A stretch of 64,000 bases of DNA. It comes from Candidatus Hydrogenedentota bacterium (GTDB taxonomy: Bacteria > Hydrogenedentota > Hydrogenedentia > Hydrogenedentales > SLHB01). The translations under genes and the position numbers were made by a program. The stretch is taken from NCBI GenBank assembly GCA_045863295.1, contig BTWA01000012.1, positions 1 to 64,000 on the forward strand, given 5' to 3'. How positions within the stretch are numbered: the stretch's first letter is position 1; each line of letters begins with the position of its first letter. Below are positions 46,983 through 56,963 of the stretch, one piece after another. A model generated the notes under the pieces. The model ran no database searches. It was not told where the DNA came from and worked only from the letters and a program-made list of their open reading frames with translations.

Positions 46983-48263
46983 TTAAAAGAAGTAACGCTT
47001 TACAAATCGGCCAATCCGGCGCGACATGGATCCGACAGGTCCGCGCGATCCAATGCTGCCATTCCTGGCTGCACGGCGATGTTCGATGGCATGGCGCACA
47101 ATTCCCACCGCTGCCGTGTAGTCGGGCGCGGCGACACGTGGCGGCATGGTTTCCAGACTGGCAGGAAGGCCGCTACGGCATGGAACTTGAAACACGGATT
47201 CTGCCAGCGAAAGGTAATTCCTCAGCATACTTCCACCGCCTGTAAGCACTATTCCCCGGATTAGATTTTTGCTCAGTCCCCGTGATTCGAGGTGCTGTCG
47301 AACTTTGATTAACAATTCCTTTGCCCGCTCATAGACGATGTCATCCAATTCAGCGCGATCAACAACATTGGGCGCCCCTGGCACTGCGGTTTTGAGTTTA
47401 ATTCTCGAATCTGATCGGTCGGAGGCATTGGAAGCCTCGAGGGTGTTTTCAAATTCTTCCCGGATATTGGCTTCCGAGATACCATATTCGAGAATCAACT
47501 CGTCAGCCTCGTCAAAGCTGACCTGCAATCCTGCGGCCACGTCCCGCGTAATTTGAAACGCCCCCCATTCAAAACAATGGGAGTTTAAAATCCGGAAGTC
47601 ACGGTATACGGCCAGGCCCGTTACACTTCGGCCAAGGTCCAGTACCGCCACACCCAATTCCATGTCTTCCGGTGTCAGACAACCCATAGCCGATGCAAGC
47701 GGTAAAAATACAAAGTCCTCCAGATCGCAACCGAGTGATTCAATACAGGAAACGATATTGTCCTCGATAACAGATGGGAGGCGTGCAAAGTGCACACGGG
47801 TTTTCAATACCTGCCCCCGAATTCCCATCGGATCGAGTACGCGCATGTTGTCGACATACCACTCTTGCGCATCTATGGACGAGGTAATAATCTTACCGGG
47901 AGCCAAAATATCGCGCGAAGCAATATCCCGCGCTTCCGCCATGTTTGCATATTCAACAACTTCGCGCTGAATCTCCGCGTGGCCTTCACGTATAAAGGTC
48001 TCCACGTTCTTGCCGTTTACACCGCAAAACAACGTATTAACCTTTAATCGTGCTTCCTTCTGCGCCGCGGTCAATGCTTTTTTCAAGGCGAGTTGTGCGC
48101 CATTGCGATCCTGAATTAGACCCTGAGACACAGACCCCTGCGTCGGGCAAGAACCGTGTCCAATTACCTGTACCGCGCCGTCGGTGTCCTGTTGGGCAAT
48201 CAGCACACGGATCTCCCGCGATCCGAAGTCCACAACCGCGACAATTTCCCGTTTCGCGCGCAC
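46983..48263 (-). CDS. ftsA: Cell division protein FtsA-like actin homologue (orphan, divergent)
   Basis: VVDFGS, LTPEDMELGVAVLDLG, ITRDVA, GIVLTGGGS, YTAAVG, C-terminal amphipathic helix RRIGRFVKRYFF. Confidence 0.88.
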   Translation of the reverse strand: MRAKREIVAVVDFGSREIRVLIAQQDTDGAVQVIGHGSCPTQGSVSQGLIQDRNGAQLALKKALTAAQKEARLKVNTLFCGVNGKNVETFIREGHAEIQREVVEYANMAEARDIASRDILAPGKIITSSIDAQEWYVDNMRVLDPMGIRGQVLKTRVHFARLPSVIEDNIVSCIESLGCDLEDFVFLPLASAMGCLTPEDMELGVAVLDLGRSVTGLAVYRDFRILNSHCFEWGAFQITRDVAAGLQVSFDEADELILEYGISEANIREEFENTLEASNASDRSDSRIKLKTAVPGAPNVVDRAELDDIVYERAKELLIKVRQHLESRGLSKNLIRGIVLTGGGSMLRNYLSLAESVFQVPCRSGLPASLETMPPRVAAPDYTAAVGIVRHAIEHRRAARNGSIGSRGPVGSMSRRIGRFVKRYFF

Positions 48264-48327
48264 AAATTGGCCCTACCGAGCGTATGAATTATGGGTTACT
48301 AAAGTGAAATACACATGGAAATGCCCT

Positions 48328-50760
48328 TCAAAACAACAAGGCATCTTTGCCGGTATCCGAATTCTGTTCCGCGCTGCGTATGTGTTGAATCGTCTGCTCA
48401 ATGTCGGTTACCGAACCGCGCTGCCGTTGAAGTAGATCACGAGCACGCTCAAGTGCCGCCTCCAGTTCCATGCGGCGCCGTTGAAGACTCTTGACTTCTT
48501 GCCGCGCGTCTTCCAAACGCACACGTGCACGTTGTTCTTCCTCGTTGAGCCGCTCAAGGCGCGCCTGCGCTTCGTCCTCTTGGGCACGCGCTTCGTCACG
48601 CCGCGATACTTGCGCCAAGCGCTGGCGTTCCGCCGACTCCCGCTGCGCAATGAGTTCTCGAATCTGTGCATCCAGGTCGGAGACTCGGGATTCCATCGAC
48701 TCAAGTTCGTTCTGAATCCCCGCCGTCTGCGCTTTACGTTGAAGCAGGGATTCTTCTCCCTCGCTTACGCGGCGCTCTGCGACTTGTACCGATTGCTCGG
48801 AAATTTGCGATCTCTCTCTCGCCGTTTCTATCGACGCTGTGCTTTCGCGAAGCCGCACTTCGGCCGCACGTACGCGCGCCTCGGCTTCCTCCGCCTGCTG
48901 ACGTGCGATACTCGCTGCTGCCTGCATGGCCAGTAGCTTTGCGTCTACCGCGGAGCCTTTGGCCGCCGCAGCCTGCGCGGTTTCAAGCAACCGCATGAAA
49001 GAAGCACCTTCAGACTCCCCGCCTCGATCATCGTCTAATGCTTCATCTACGTTGGGCGGCGTATACGACGCAGGTTCGTCCAATTGCGTCTGGTGCAATT
49101 CCTGAATCGTCGCGGCGGCAAGCTCAAGCGGTGTCGAATAGGTATCCGGCACAGGCTCGAACTCTGGGATACCAAAATCGGTTTCGGTGGAATCAGATAT
49201 TTCGACTGTCTGCTCAAACGGTGTCGAATCCGCACCGGAGACAGCCGGTTCGGTCATTGAGACATAGGCCTCTTGCTCGGCCAACTCAAAAAGATCACCT
49301 TCATCATCCGTCACAACCACCGGTTTCGGCGGGGACGACTGTTCCAATGGTGTCTCAATTTGCCATTCGGCGAGCATTCCGTCGCACTCGGAAATCCACT
49401 CCAACAGTGCGGCGTCGTCAGCGTCGTCGCTCGCGTCCGCGTACAGACCTCCAAACGCATACGCCAGCTCAAAAAAACGGTCGCTCCAATGGTGCGGATA
49501 CTCGAACGCCCCTTCACATAAGCGGCGAATCGAACGCGTCGCAGCCAACGCGCCGTTACGGCCGGTCTCGTGAGCCCGCTCGGCCAACAACTCCAGGCTG
49601 TGGCGCATTGCGTTCCACGTTTCATCGCGATCGATTTGTTCGCGTTCCTGCTCCATGCGCGACAGGCCTTCGCAAAAGATATCAATAAAACCCACCAGAC
49701 TCGGAGAAAGCCCACGTGATGCCCTCGCGGTTGCAATCGCCGAGGGCGAAGTATCCAAGTGCATTGGAGCGAGAGGCATCATCTCAAATTCTTCGTCCGG
49801 AGCCGTAGCGGGTGTCTGCTGTTTCACAAATGGACGACCGGCGCTTAAATTGTCAGTACTGGATTCCAGCCCCTCCAGCACAGGAGATGCCAAGGAATTG
49901 TCCAAGGGAGCCTCCATCAACAACGGCGACAGGTCATCCAGAGAAGGAATCTCAACGTCTGCCGAGTCAGATGATTCAGATACCATTGGTGGCAGCTCAA
50001 ATGGGGAAAGACCATCGTGGTTCGAGGCGGATGTCGGCGGTGCTACGTCGTCGACCGCCGAAGTTATGTCGAAACCCGGCGACGGCGCGGGGGCATCCAG
50101 GTTTCCAAAGCCGTCCTCCACATCGACCTCGATCGCCGAATCCTCGTCACGTACTAGAGGAATGCCAGCATCCCGTATATCTTCAACCGCTTCCTGGTAG
50201 CGGGCGCGCCAGCGCTGAATCACGGCTGGCCGGACACGCCCCGCAATCAAGTCGCCAACCATCAGGCACAATATTTCGTAGCTGTCGGTCAAGAAAGGGA
50301 CACACTGGTTTGCGCGACCCACGTCTTCATAGCTCTGAAGAATACGCGCTGTCTCCGTGAGCGACTCGACCAAATCGCTCCAACCTTGTTCGATCGATAT
50401 CTCCACGGCACTGATTAGATAGTTCATGCATTCATCAGACCAGCGGTCTTGCGGAGCCCCATCTTGTGCAATTAAATACTGGCGTTGAAAGCGACCCAAG
50501 GCGGTCAACAAGCGTTGTGTGGGCTCGTTTCCGGCTGGCGCGGTCCTGTTCATGCGCTCTTCCTTCAATTGGCGGGTCGATTCCCGCATAGGCACCACGT
50601 TATCAGCCACAGGGGCGTCCTGGAAAGACGGAGCATCAGCGGAGGGTAGGGGGGGATCATCCATTTCGGGCACGTGAACCGCATCCGCCTGGGCCTCCGC
50701 CGTATTCTGCTCTCGGCGACCCCACAACAACGGATTTCGGCTGCGTTTACCAAATCGCAT
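48328..50760 (-). CDS. Large acidic protein: two helical-bundle (Hpt-like) domains, disordered linkers, about 200-aa C-terminal coiled coil
   Basis: 810-aa ORF with its own promoter; heptad E/R/Q/A-rich C-terminus. Confidence 0.75.
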   Translation of the reverse strand: MRFGKRSRNPLLWGRREQNTAEAQADAVHVPEMDDPPLPSADAPSFQDAPVADNVVPMRESTRQLKEERMNRTAPAGNEPTQRLLTALGRFQRQYLIAQDGAPQDRWSDECMNYLISAVEISIEQGWSDLVESLTETARILQSYEDVGRANQCVPFLTDSYEILCLMVGDLIAGRVRPAVIQRWRARYQEAVEDIRDAGIPLVRDEDSAIEVDVEDGFGNLDAPAPSPGFDITSAVDDVAPPTSASNHDGLSPFELPPMVSESSDSADVEIPSLDDLSPLLMEAPLDNSLASPVLEGLESSTDNLSAGRPFVKQQTPATAPDEEFEMMPLAPMHLDTSPSAIATARASRGLSPSLVGFIDIFCEGLSRMEQEREQIDRDETWNAMRHSLELLAERAHETGRNGALAATRSIRRLCEGAFEYPHHWSDRFFELAYAFGGLYADASDDADDAALLEWISECDGMLAEWQIETPLEQSSPPKPVVVTDDEGDLFELAEQEAYVSMTEPAVSGADSTPFEQTVEISDSTETDFGIPEFEPVPDTYSTPLELAAATIQELHQTQLDEPASYTPPNVDEALDDDRGGESEGASFMRLLETAQAAAAKGSAVDAKLLAMQAAASIARQQAEEAEARVRAAEVRLRESTASIETARERSQISEQSVQVAERRVSEGEESLLQRKAQTAGIQNELESMESRVSDLDAQIRELIAQRESAERQRLAQVSRRDEARAQEDEAQARLERLNEEEQRARVRLEDARQEVKSLQRRRMELEAALERARDLLQRQRGSVTDIEQTIQHIRSAEQNSDTGKDALLF

Positions 50761-50786
50761 GATGCACTACCCCTATTTAACGCAAA

Positions 50787-50825
50787 ATTGTAGCACAACG
50801 CCACCCTGTACGCAATATATTGTGG
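50787..50825 (-). promoter_or_regulatory. Sigma70 promoter overlapped by an NrdR-box-like palindrome
   Basis: TTGCGT-17 nt-TACAAT with extended TG; CCACAATATATTGCGT (50810-50825) covers -35. Confidence 0.6.
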
Positions 50826-50944
50826 TATCCCTGTCCAAGAAGTCAAGCAAATCCGCTGTGGAAAATGCGAAGAGCCGGAAATTGTAGTCCAATTTCCGGC
50901 TCTCAAACGCTTCTACAAGCACATTACGTGCAAAAAGTCACAGA

Positions 50945-51553
50945 CTAGACAAGAATCCCTTTGCTTCTAAGGTAGGCCAAAACCAACTCCGCAGACTCTT
51001 CCAAGGAATGTTGGGATGTGTCGACAACCAATTCGGCATTATCCGGTTCTTCGTAAGGTGCCGAAATACCCGTGAATTCGGGAATCTGGCCTGCGCGGGC
51101 TTTCTTGTACAGTCCCTTCGGATCGCGTTCTTCACAGACCTCGATCGGGCATTTTACGTAAACCTCAATAAATGAATCCTTTGCAATAGCCCGTGCTTTG
51201 TCGCGATCAGCCCGGTAAGGAGAGATAAACGCTGTGATGGCAATGACGCCCGCCTGTACAAACAGGTTGGAAACCTCGCCAATACGACGAATATTCTCTT
51301 CGCGATCCGCGGGCGAGAAGCCCAAATCCTTGTTCAGACCGTGTCGAACATTGTCGCCATCAAGCACATACGTGCGGCAACCCTTTTCAAACAACGCATT
51401 CTCGACCGCATGGGCCAGCGTTGATTTGCCCGAACCCGACAGACCGGTGAACCAAAGAACACAGGCCTTATGGCCGTTCAGGCGTTCGCGATCCTCTCGG
51501 GTAATGTCTGCCGCGTGCCAAGTAATGTTTGTTGCCCTAACTTGATCAGCCAT
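50945..51553 (-). CDS. cysC: Adenylyl-sulfate kinase
   Basis: [41 protein letters not shown]. Confidence 0.97.
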   Translation of the reverse strand: MADQVRATNITWHAADITREDRERLNGHKACVLWFTGLSGSGKSTLAHAVENALFEKGCRTYVLDGDNVRHGLNKDLGFSPADREENIRRIGEVSNLFVQAGVIAITAFISPYRADRDKARAIAKDSFIEVYVKCPIEVCEERDPKGLYKKARAGQIPEFTGISAPYEEPDNAELVVDTSQHSLEESAELVLAYLRSKGILV

Positions 51554-51692
51554 GGAGGTAGTGCCCTTTCCAATACCGTGGGGTGTCAACCAGTCGCAAC
51601 CGAACCGATCAGACATGGAATGCGGTTGCAAAGAGGGAAAAGCTTACCAGAATTTGGGTGTATTTTGCCAATTGCCTGGCGTCAAGGTGAGA

Positions 51693-53483
51693 CTAGGACC
51701 CAAAGTAGGATTTGAGTGCCGCGACGTATGCGATGGCAAATTGCTGGCGCCACCACGGATCCGCCGTCCACGATTGATCTTCACTGTTTGAAAGGTTGGC
51801 CACCTCAATGAGCACCTTGGTTGGGATTTGGTTGTTGCGAAGCACCGCAACCACATATTCTTTGCCACCGGACTGGCGGATCACGTTGCGTATCGGATCG
51901 CCTACCGAATGGCGTTTGATCCGGTGCTGACCAAGTTCGTCCAGAATAGTCTCTGCGAAATTGCGAGACAAGGCTTCATCCCGACGGCGCTCGTCGGCAG
52001 TCGACTTAAACTCCGGCTGTTCCACATACTCAAGATAATCGTTGTACGCCTTCGGCGGCCAACCTCTTTCTGAGTTCTTACGATAGCGAGCACCCGGGAT
52101 GTATACCATCGCACCTCGTAGATCGGCATTAAACAATGCGTCACCGTGAATACTTGTGAAGACCACCTTGCGCGGGTCGGCACCAGCCTTAACCGCGCGA
52201 TTATAGACGGAATTGGCCCAATACCAACGCAATGTGGCCGATACGGAAGCATTTTCATTGAGGTAGTTCGGCGTCACAAGCACAGACTCGTCTGAATCAT
52301 TGGTGAATCGATTGACGTCATTGGATTCATAGCCATTGTCTGCGTCCAACATACTGACGTACACTTTGGCATGGGTTGTCTCCTCAAGAATCTTTTTAAT
52401 TCGACAGACAATGTCGTATGCAATCTCATCTTCATAAAGGCCGAGCTTACTTGCTGCCGGCGTGCCAATATCTTTGCCTCCGTGGCCGGGATCCAGTACC
52501 ACTACGACGCCTTCCAGTCCGCGTGACTGTACGCTGCCGCGTAGGCGTTGGGCCTCTTGAACCGTTTCTTCAAACTCTTCACGCTCCGGTGTACCCTCGG
52601 GTTTGAACCGATCGGCCAGCATATCCACCGGTATGAACACCCGATCACCAATCTCTACCTTGTTTTTGTCTTGAATCCCGCTCTCTCGAACAATGACGTC
52701 GATTGCGCTGTGGATGTCTGCGTTCTCACGGTAGTTGGTGAAGCGAACAACCACTTTGGTGTACAGCGTGTCCCCGGGCTTAATCCTGTATACCGCGAAT
52801 TGCCTGTTGCCCTTGTTGTCAAAGGACAACTCCTGAGCGGCCTCTTCCAGGTTCAGTTCGATTTCCTCGGACTCCTGCCTGACAACGGTCGGCTTTTGCA
52901 TAACAGACCGCAACAAATTCTGTGGGAAGACCAAAACTTGCCCGGTAGACAGATCGGTTGACTTGAGATTGTTGAATTTAGTTACGGCCGTGTGATTTGT
53001 ACCCCGGCCAGTCAACCACTCGCACAAAGTCCATAAGGTCTCCTGATCGGGTCCTGCATAGACTACCGTGTGGTGCCAGCCCTCCTCGTCCACAAAGTCA
53101 AATGGGAACACGGCCAACAACATGCGCCGCTGAGTCTCCTCGTTGAGGTGGCTGTATGGAATGGCAGCCCGCTTACCCGCATATTGACGGTAATTCACTC
53201 CAGCGGCGAGGTAAGGTTCAAGGTATGAACGGCCAGCTTCTCCGGACGGGGCTTCGCAATTAAGAAACAGCATCCGCCCTTCCCGCAGTAGAGCGTACAC
53301 CCCGTCCGCAATTTCTACTTGGACCAGTTCGGCACAGGCAGGTGCACACACTATTCCAGCCAGCAGTAAGCCTCCAAGTATCTTTCGTAGGGGAGTATAG
53401 GATTGACGAAAGCGCATCGGCATCTGGCTACAAAACTTCTTCCCCGGCACAACGGCCTTGTAAGAGCCGTATTGCCGATTCAA
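51693..53483 (-). CDS. N-acetylmuramoyl-L-alanine amidase (Amidase_3) with LysM-like domains; start may be near 53423 or 53417
   Basis: VVLDPGHGG, EDEI, SIHGD, LIEVAN ligands intact; YRIKPGDTL LysM-like; signal/TM segment. Confidence 0.88.
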   Translation of the reverse strand: MNRQYGSYKAVVPGKKFCSQMPMRFRQSYTPLRKILGGLLLAGIVCAPACAELVQVEIADGVYALLREGRMLFLNCEAPSGEAGRSYLEPYLAAGVNYRQYAGKRAAIPYSHLNEETQRRMLLAVFPFDFVDEEGWHHTVVYAGPDQETLWTLCEWLTGRGTNHTAVTKFNNLKSTDLSTGQVLVFPQNLLRSVMQKPTVVRQESEEIELNLEEAAQELSFDNKGNRQFAVYRIKPGDTLYTKVVVRFTNYRENADIHSAIDVIVRESGIQDKNKVEIGDRVFIPVDMLADRFKPEGTPEREEFEETVQEAQRLRGSVQSRGLEGVVVVLDPGHGGKDIGTPAASKLGLYEDEIAYDIVCRIKKILEETTHAKVYVSMLDADNGYESNDVNRFTNDSDESVLVTPNYLNENASVSATLRWYWANSVYNRAVKAGADPRKVVFTSIHGDALFNADLRGAMVYIPGARYRKNSERGWPPKAYNDYLEYVEQPEFKSTADERRRDEALSRNFAETILDELGQHRIKRHSVGDPIRNVIRQSGGKEYVVAVLRNNQIPTKVLIEVANLSNSEDQSWTADPWWRQQFAIAYVAALKSYFGS

Positions 53484-53487
53484 GTGA

Positions 53488-53597
53488 GCACAATATGTAG
53501 GGGTGCCAAATCACGGCGGAAACGATATTAGCAGATCAGGAGGTGGGAGTAAAGGCCATATTGTGTAAATAAAATGAAAGCATACAATATCTAGATA
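53488..53597 (-). promoter_or_regulatory. Amidase promoter with four phased NrdR-box-like sites
   Basis: TTTACT-17 nt-TAATAT with extended TG (53525-53553); 16-mers start at 53488, 53520, 53551 and 53582. Confidence 0.5.
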
Positions 53598-53640
53598 TCC
53601 GGTACGGCCAATCTGTAAACTTGAGCCACGGTTCAAGGGG

Positions 53641-54207
53641 CTACCCTTGTGAGACGTACTTTGCGACTTTCTCAGCGTCCCGAGCCATGTCTCGTGCCAA
53701 CGCCTCGAGTCCGCGAGTCAGTGTAGTGACTAAACCTTTGGGTCCATCGGATTCAACCGGCAGCAAGGTCTCGTACGTCACTTTTCGAATAGCGGGGTCG
53801 TACGGGTCCATTTCAGGAGTTCGGTACACCATTTCAATCTTAACGTGGCCTTTCGGACCTTCCTTGGTATCGTTCTGGCCAAAGGCCAGTACTTTTCCCG
53901 TCGCCAGCACGGTAGTCCGCCCTTCCTGTGGATTTCCAAACTCCGCCTTCAACTTCTCTGACACTAGTTCGGTCAAGCTGGCAGCCCAATCGTCGGATGC
54001 ATAGTATTCAACTTCCGTGGGGCTCTTCAGGATGAGAATGTCCATCCGATTCAGAGTTTCGTGTACGCGCATGTGATCGACCTCAATATTGCATTCCGGT
54101 TTGGCGAGACCGGTTGGGGTCATATCCAGCGTGTATAATCGGGTTGGGGGCGTGCTCGCGCAACCCACCACAATCATGACTGCCGCTCCAAACCAAATTA
54201 AACGCAT
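53641..54207 (-). CDS. PqiC-like ABC transporter auxiliary lipoprotein
   Basis: Lipobox VVGC, TRLYTL, YASDDWA; last gene of the MCE operon. Confidence 0.85.
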   Translation of the reverse strand: MRLIWFGAAVMIVVGCASTPPTRLYTLDMTPTGLAKPECNIEVDHMRVHETLNRMDILILKSPTEVEYYASDDWAASLTELVSEKLKAEFGNPQEGRTTVLATGKVLAFGQNDTKEGPKGHVKIEMVYRTPEMDPYDPAIRKVTYETLLPVESDGPKGLVTTLTRGLEALARDMARDAEKVAKYVSQG

Positions 54208-54225
54208 GCGACTGGTTCCTTTCGC

Positions 54226-55296
54226 CTATTTCGATTTGCGTCCCTGAGGTGTCGATCCCCAAATGGCGGCATTGGGATCGTCCTTCAACTTGCGGGAAAA
54301 TTCCTTCAGATTGCGCGCCGTCTCGCGAAGCTCAATCAACAAATCATCTACGAGCGGGCTGTTCGCCTTGATCATGCCTCCCGCAGTCGTGGCCGCTGTA
54401 TCCACTTGTACGATGACGCCTTCGATACCTGCCACCAACCCATCCAAGTCTTCCGTCACCGATTTTACGTCAATCAATATTTGATCGACGTTTCCTACAA
54501 TTGAACTGATGTTTTCCTTTTCCTGGGTCAACAGTGAATCAATTTGCGTTGCCACCGATTCCGCCGACTTACCTGTTCTCTCGACGCGCTGCAAGAGATC
54601 TCTGATGGTCTGGCGGTTTTCGTCAATAACCTGACGAGTATCGTCCACGGCTCGTTTGCCTGAATCCATGGTGGCTTCCAGACTCTCAAAAAGCGTGGCC
54701 AGTGTACTCTTCAAATCCTCCGCTTCGCCGGACCGGTCTTCTGGTGCGGCCACGCCCAACACGAGGCGCACATCCTCCACGGTCATTTTCATTTCCTCAA
54801 GCAAATCGTTGACCGTGTCCATTGCCCCGACAATTTCATTACCAACGCTCGCAATGGCTCCAAAGATGCCGCCCTCGCCACCGCGGAACGCAATTGTATC
54901 GCCTTCCGCAAGCAGGGGTGCATCGTCCGAACCGGTCGTAATCTCCAAATGCTTGGGTGAGGTAAGGGTTGTTTGACCGATAAAAGCCTCTGACTTTGCA
55001 TTAAGCGGAACATTGGCATCAATCTTGGCGGTCAACCGGATCTTGGAGGGTTGGGCAGGATCGAATCCTACTTCAATTTTGCTGACTCGGCCCGACAATA
55101 CGCCGCCATAGCGTACGTCAGCCCCGCGGTTCAGGCCACCTGTATCTGACGCATACATCACATACGTTCTCTGATCCTGTGCCGGTCGCCAATTCAGAGC
55201 GGCCGCTAAAAAAACGAAAAACACGATCCCCGCAATTAGGACCATGACGCCCGCTTTGATTTCCACGACAGTGAAATTATGTTTTTTAGTTGGCAT
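54226..55296 (-). CDS. MlaD/MCE-domain protein with long helical C-terminus
   Basis: EIKAGV TM, GGLNRGADVRYGGVLSGRVSKI, LKDDPNAAIWG. Confidence 0.9.
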   Translation of the reverse strand: MPTKKHNFTVVEIKAGVMVLIAGIVFFVFLAAALNWRPAQDQRTYVMYASDTGGLNRGADVRYGGVLSGRVSKIEVGFDPAQPSKIRLTAKIDANVPLNAKSEAFIGQTTLTSPKHLEITTGSDDAPLLAEGDTIAFRGGEGGIFGAIASVGNEIVGAMDTVNDLLEEMKMTVEDVRLVLGVAAPEDRSGEAEDLKSTLATLFESLEATMDSGKRAVDDTRQVIDENRQTIRDLLQRVERTGKSAESVATQIDSLLTQEKENISSIVGNVDQILIDVKSVTEDLDGLVAGIEGVIVQVDTAATTAGGMIKANSPLVDDLLIELRETARNLKEFSRKLKDDPNAAIWGSTPQGRKSK

Positions 55297-55328
55297 ATCG
55301 CTTCTTGTTGAATGTGAGTTTTGGCAAT

Positions 55329-56138
55329 TCAGCCGGTTTCAGTTAGCGATTGAATGAAATCCGAGCGATCCGCGTCTTCTTCCTCTGGTTGGCGCAAGAA
55401 GAACTGTTTCACGAAGGGATCGTTGGTTTGCTTGATCTGTTCCAAGCTTCCGTATCCTACGGACTTGCCCGCCTTAAGCATCAGCACACTGTCGGCAATC
55501 AATTCCACACTTGCCATTTCGTGTGTTACGACCACGCTCGTCAGATTAAACGTACTCTGCATTTTTCGGATGAGCTGATCGAGTCCCGCCGCGACTATCG
55601 GGTCCAATCCCGCGCTTGGCTCGTCGTAAAAAATGACTTGCGGATCCATGGCCATGGCGCGGGCGAGCCCGGCTCGTTTCTTCATTCCACCACTGATTTC
55701 TGAAGGGAGATAATCGCCAAATCCGCCCAGTCCAACCAACTCAAGCTTTATCTTGGTCATGATTTCAATGGTGGACTCTTCCAGACGCGTATGCTCCCGA
55801 AGCGGCATGGCCACATTGTCCGCAATGGAAAGTGAATTGAACAAGGCAGATCCTTGAAAACACATGCCCATGCGCTTACGCGCGTTCAGGCGTTCCTCGT
55901 CCGTCATAGCGGTGAAATCCTGCCCATCGAACATGATGGAACCCGACGTAGGGCGCATCAAGCCGACCAGATTCCGTAACAAGGTACTCTTGCCGCAACC
56001 GCTGCCGCCCAGAATCACAAACGTCTCGCCCCGACGTATATTGAATGTCAACCCATCGATAACCGTGCGTGCGCCGTAACGCACGACAAGGTCTTTAACT
56101 TCGATTAGATTGTCTTCCTTATCCATCACAAGTCCCAT
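55329..56138 (-). CDS. mlaF: MlaF-type ABC ATPase
   Basis: GGSGCGKST, PSEISGGMKKRAGLARA, YDEPSAGLDP, VVTH. Confidence 0.9.
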   Translation of the reverse strand: MGLVMDKEDNLIEVKDLVVRYGARTVIDGLTFNIRRGETFVILGGSGCGKSTLLRNLVGLMRPTSGSIMFDGQDFTAMTDEERLNARKRMGMCFQGSALFNSLSIADNVAMPLREHTRLEESTIEIMTKIKLELVGLGGFGDYLPSEISGGMKKRAGLARAMAMDPQVIFYDEPSAGLDPIVAAGLDQLIRKMQSTFNLTSVVVTHEMASVELIADSVLMLKAGKSVGYGSLEQIKQTNDPFVKQFFLRQPEEEDADRSDFIQSLTETG

Positions 56139-56141
56139 TCT

Positions 56142-56939
56142 CTAAAAGAAGAACAATGCGGTAAACACGAGGTCAACGACAATAATTAAGAAGATAGAGG
56201 TAACCACCGAGGAAGTTGTCATGCGGCCCACACCTTCCGCGCCTCCTTCGACCTGAAAACCTCGGTAAACCCCTACCCAGCAGATGGTCAACGCAAAGAA
56301 AACGCTTTTAGTCATGCCGGTGGTGAAATCCTTCATGCGAATGGCATCGGCGGTGGTCTCAAGGTACTGCAGTGCATCGACCCCCAATACGCCGGCAGAC
56401 AAGCAGAATCCCCCAAGGATCATGATGAACATTCCAAGGATGGTCAAACAGGGAATTGCCAGTACCATAGCTATAAACTTCGGTACGACCAAGTACTTGG
56501 TTGGATTCAATCCCATTACAACTAACGCGTCAATTTCCTCGGAGACCTTCATTGTGCCAATTTCGGCCGTAATTGCGGAACCGCTTCGGCCAGTCAACAG
56601 AATCGCCGTCATGAGTGGAGCCAGTTCCCGCACTCCGGCAACTCCGACCAGACTGGCAATCAGGTGAGTGGCGCCAAACCGGTCCAGTTGCTGGTAGGAT
56701 TGCATAGCCATGATCGCACCGATTAGAAAGCAGATCAGCGAAACCACCGGGAGCGAATTAACGCCAAACTCCACAAAATGCTCCACGGCACTTCGCAGCC
56801 GCAGACCCTTGCCACGAAAGGGCTGAATGAACAACCAGTTCATGGTGTCCAGCATCAGGACACAGACGCAACAAAACGCATACAGGCCGTTTAAAGAGAT
56901 TCGGCCCGTGGAACCGGCGATATTTGTCAATGCACTCAT
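56142..56939 (-). CDS. mlaE: MlaE-type permease
   Basis: RELAPLMTA..GRSGSAITAEIGTMKVSEEIDAL, GGAEGVGRMTTSSVV. Confidence 0.93.
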   Translation of the reverse strand: MSALTNIAGSTGRISLNGLYAFCCVCVLMLDTMNWLFIQPFRGKGLRLRSAVEHFVEFGVNSLPVVSLICFLIGAIMAMQSYQQLDRFGATHLIASLVGVAGVRELAPLMTAILLTGRSGSAITAEIGTMKVSEEIDALVVMGLNPTKYLVVPKFIAMVLAIPCLTILGMFIMILGGFCLSAGVLGVDALQYLETTADAIRMKDFTTGMTKSVFFALTICWVGVYRGFQVEGGAEGVGRMTTSSVVTSIFLIIVVDLVFTALFFF

Positions 56940-56963
56940 AGTGGAAACTCGTCTGGCACAGGA

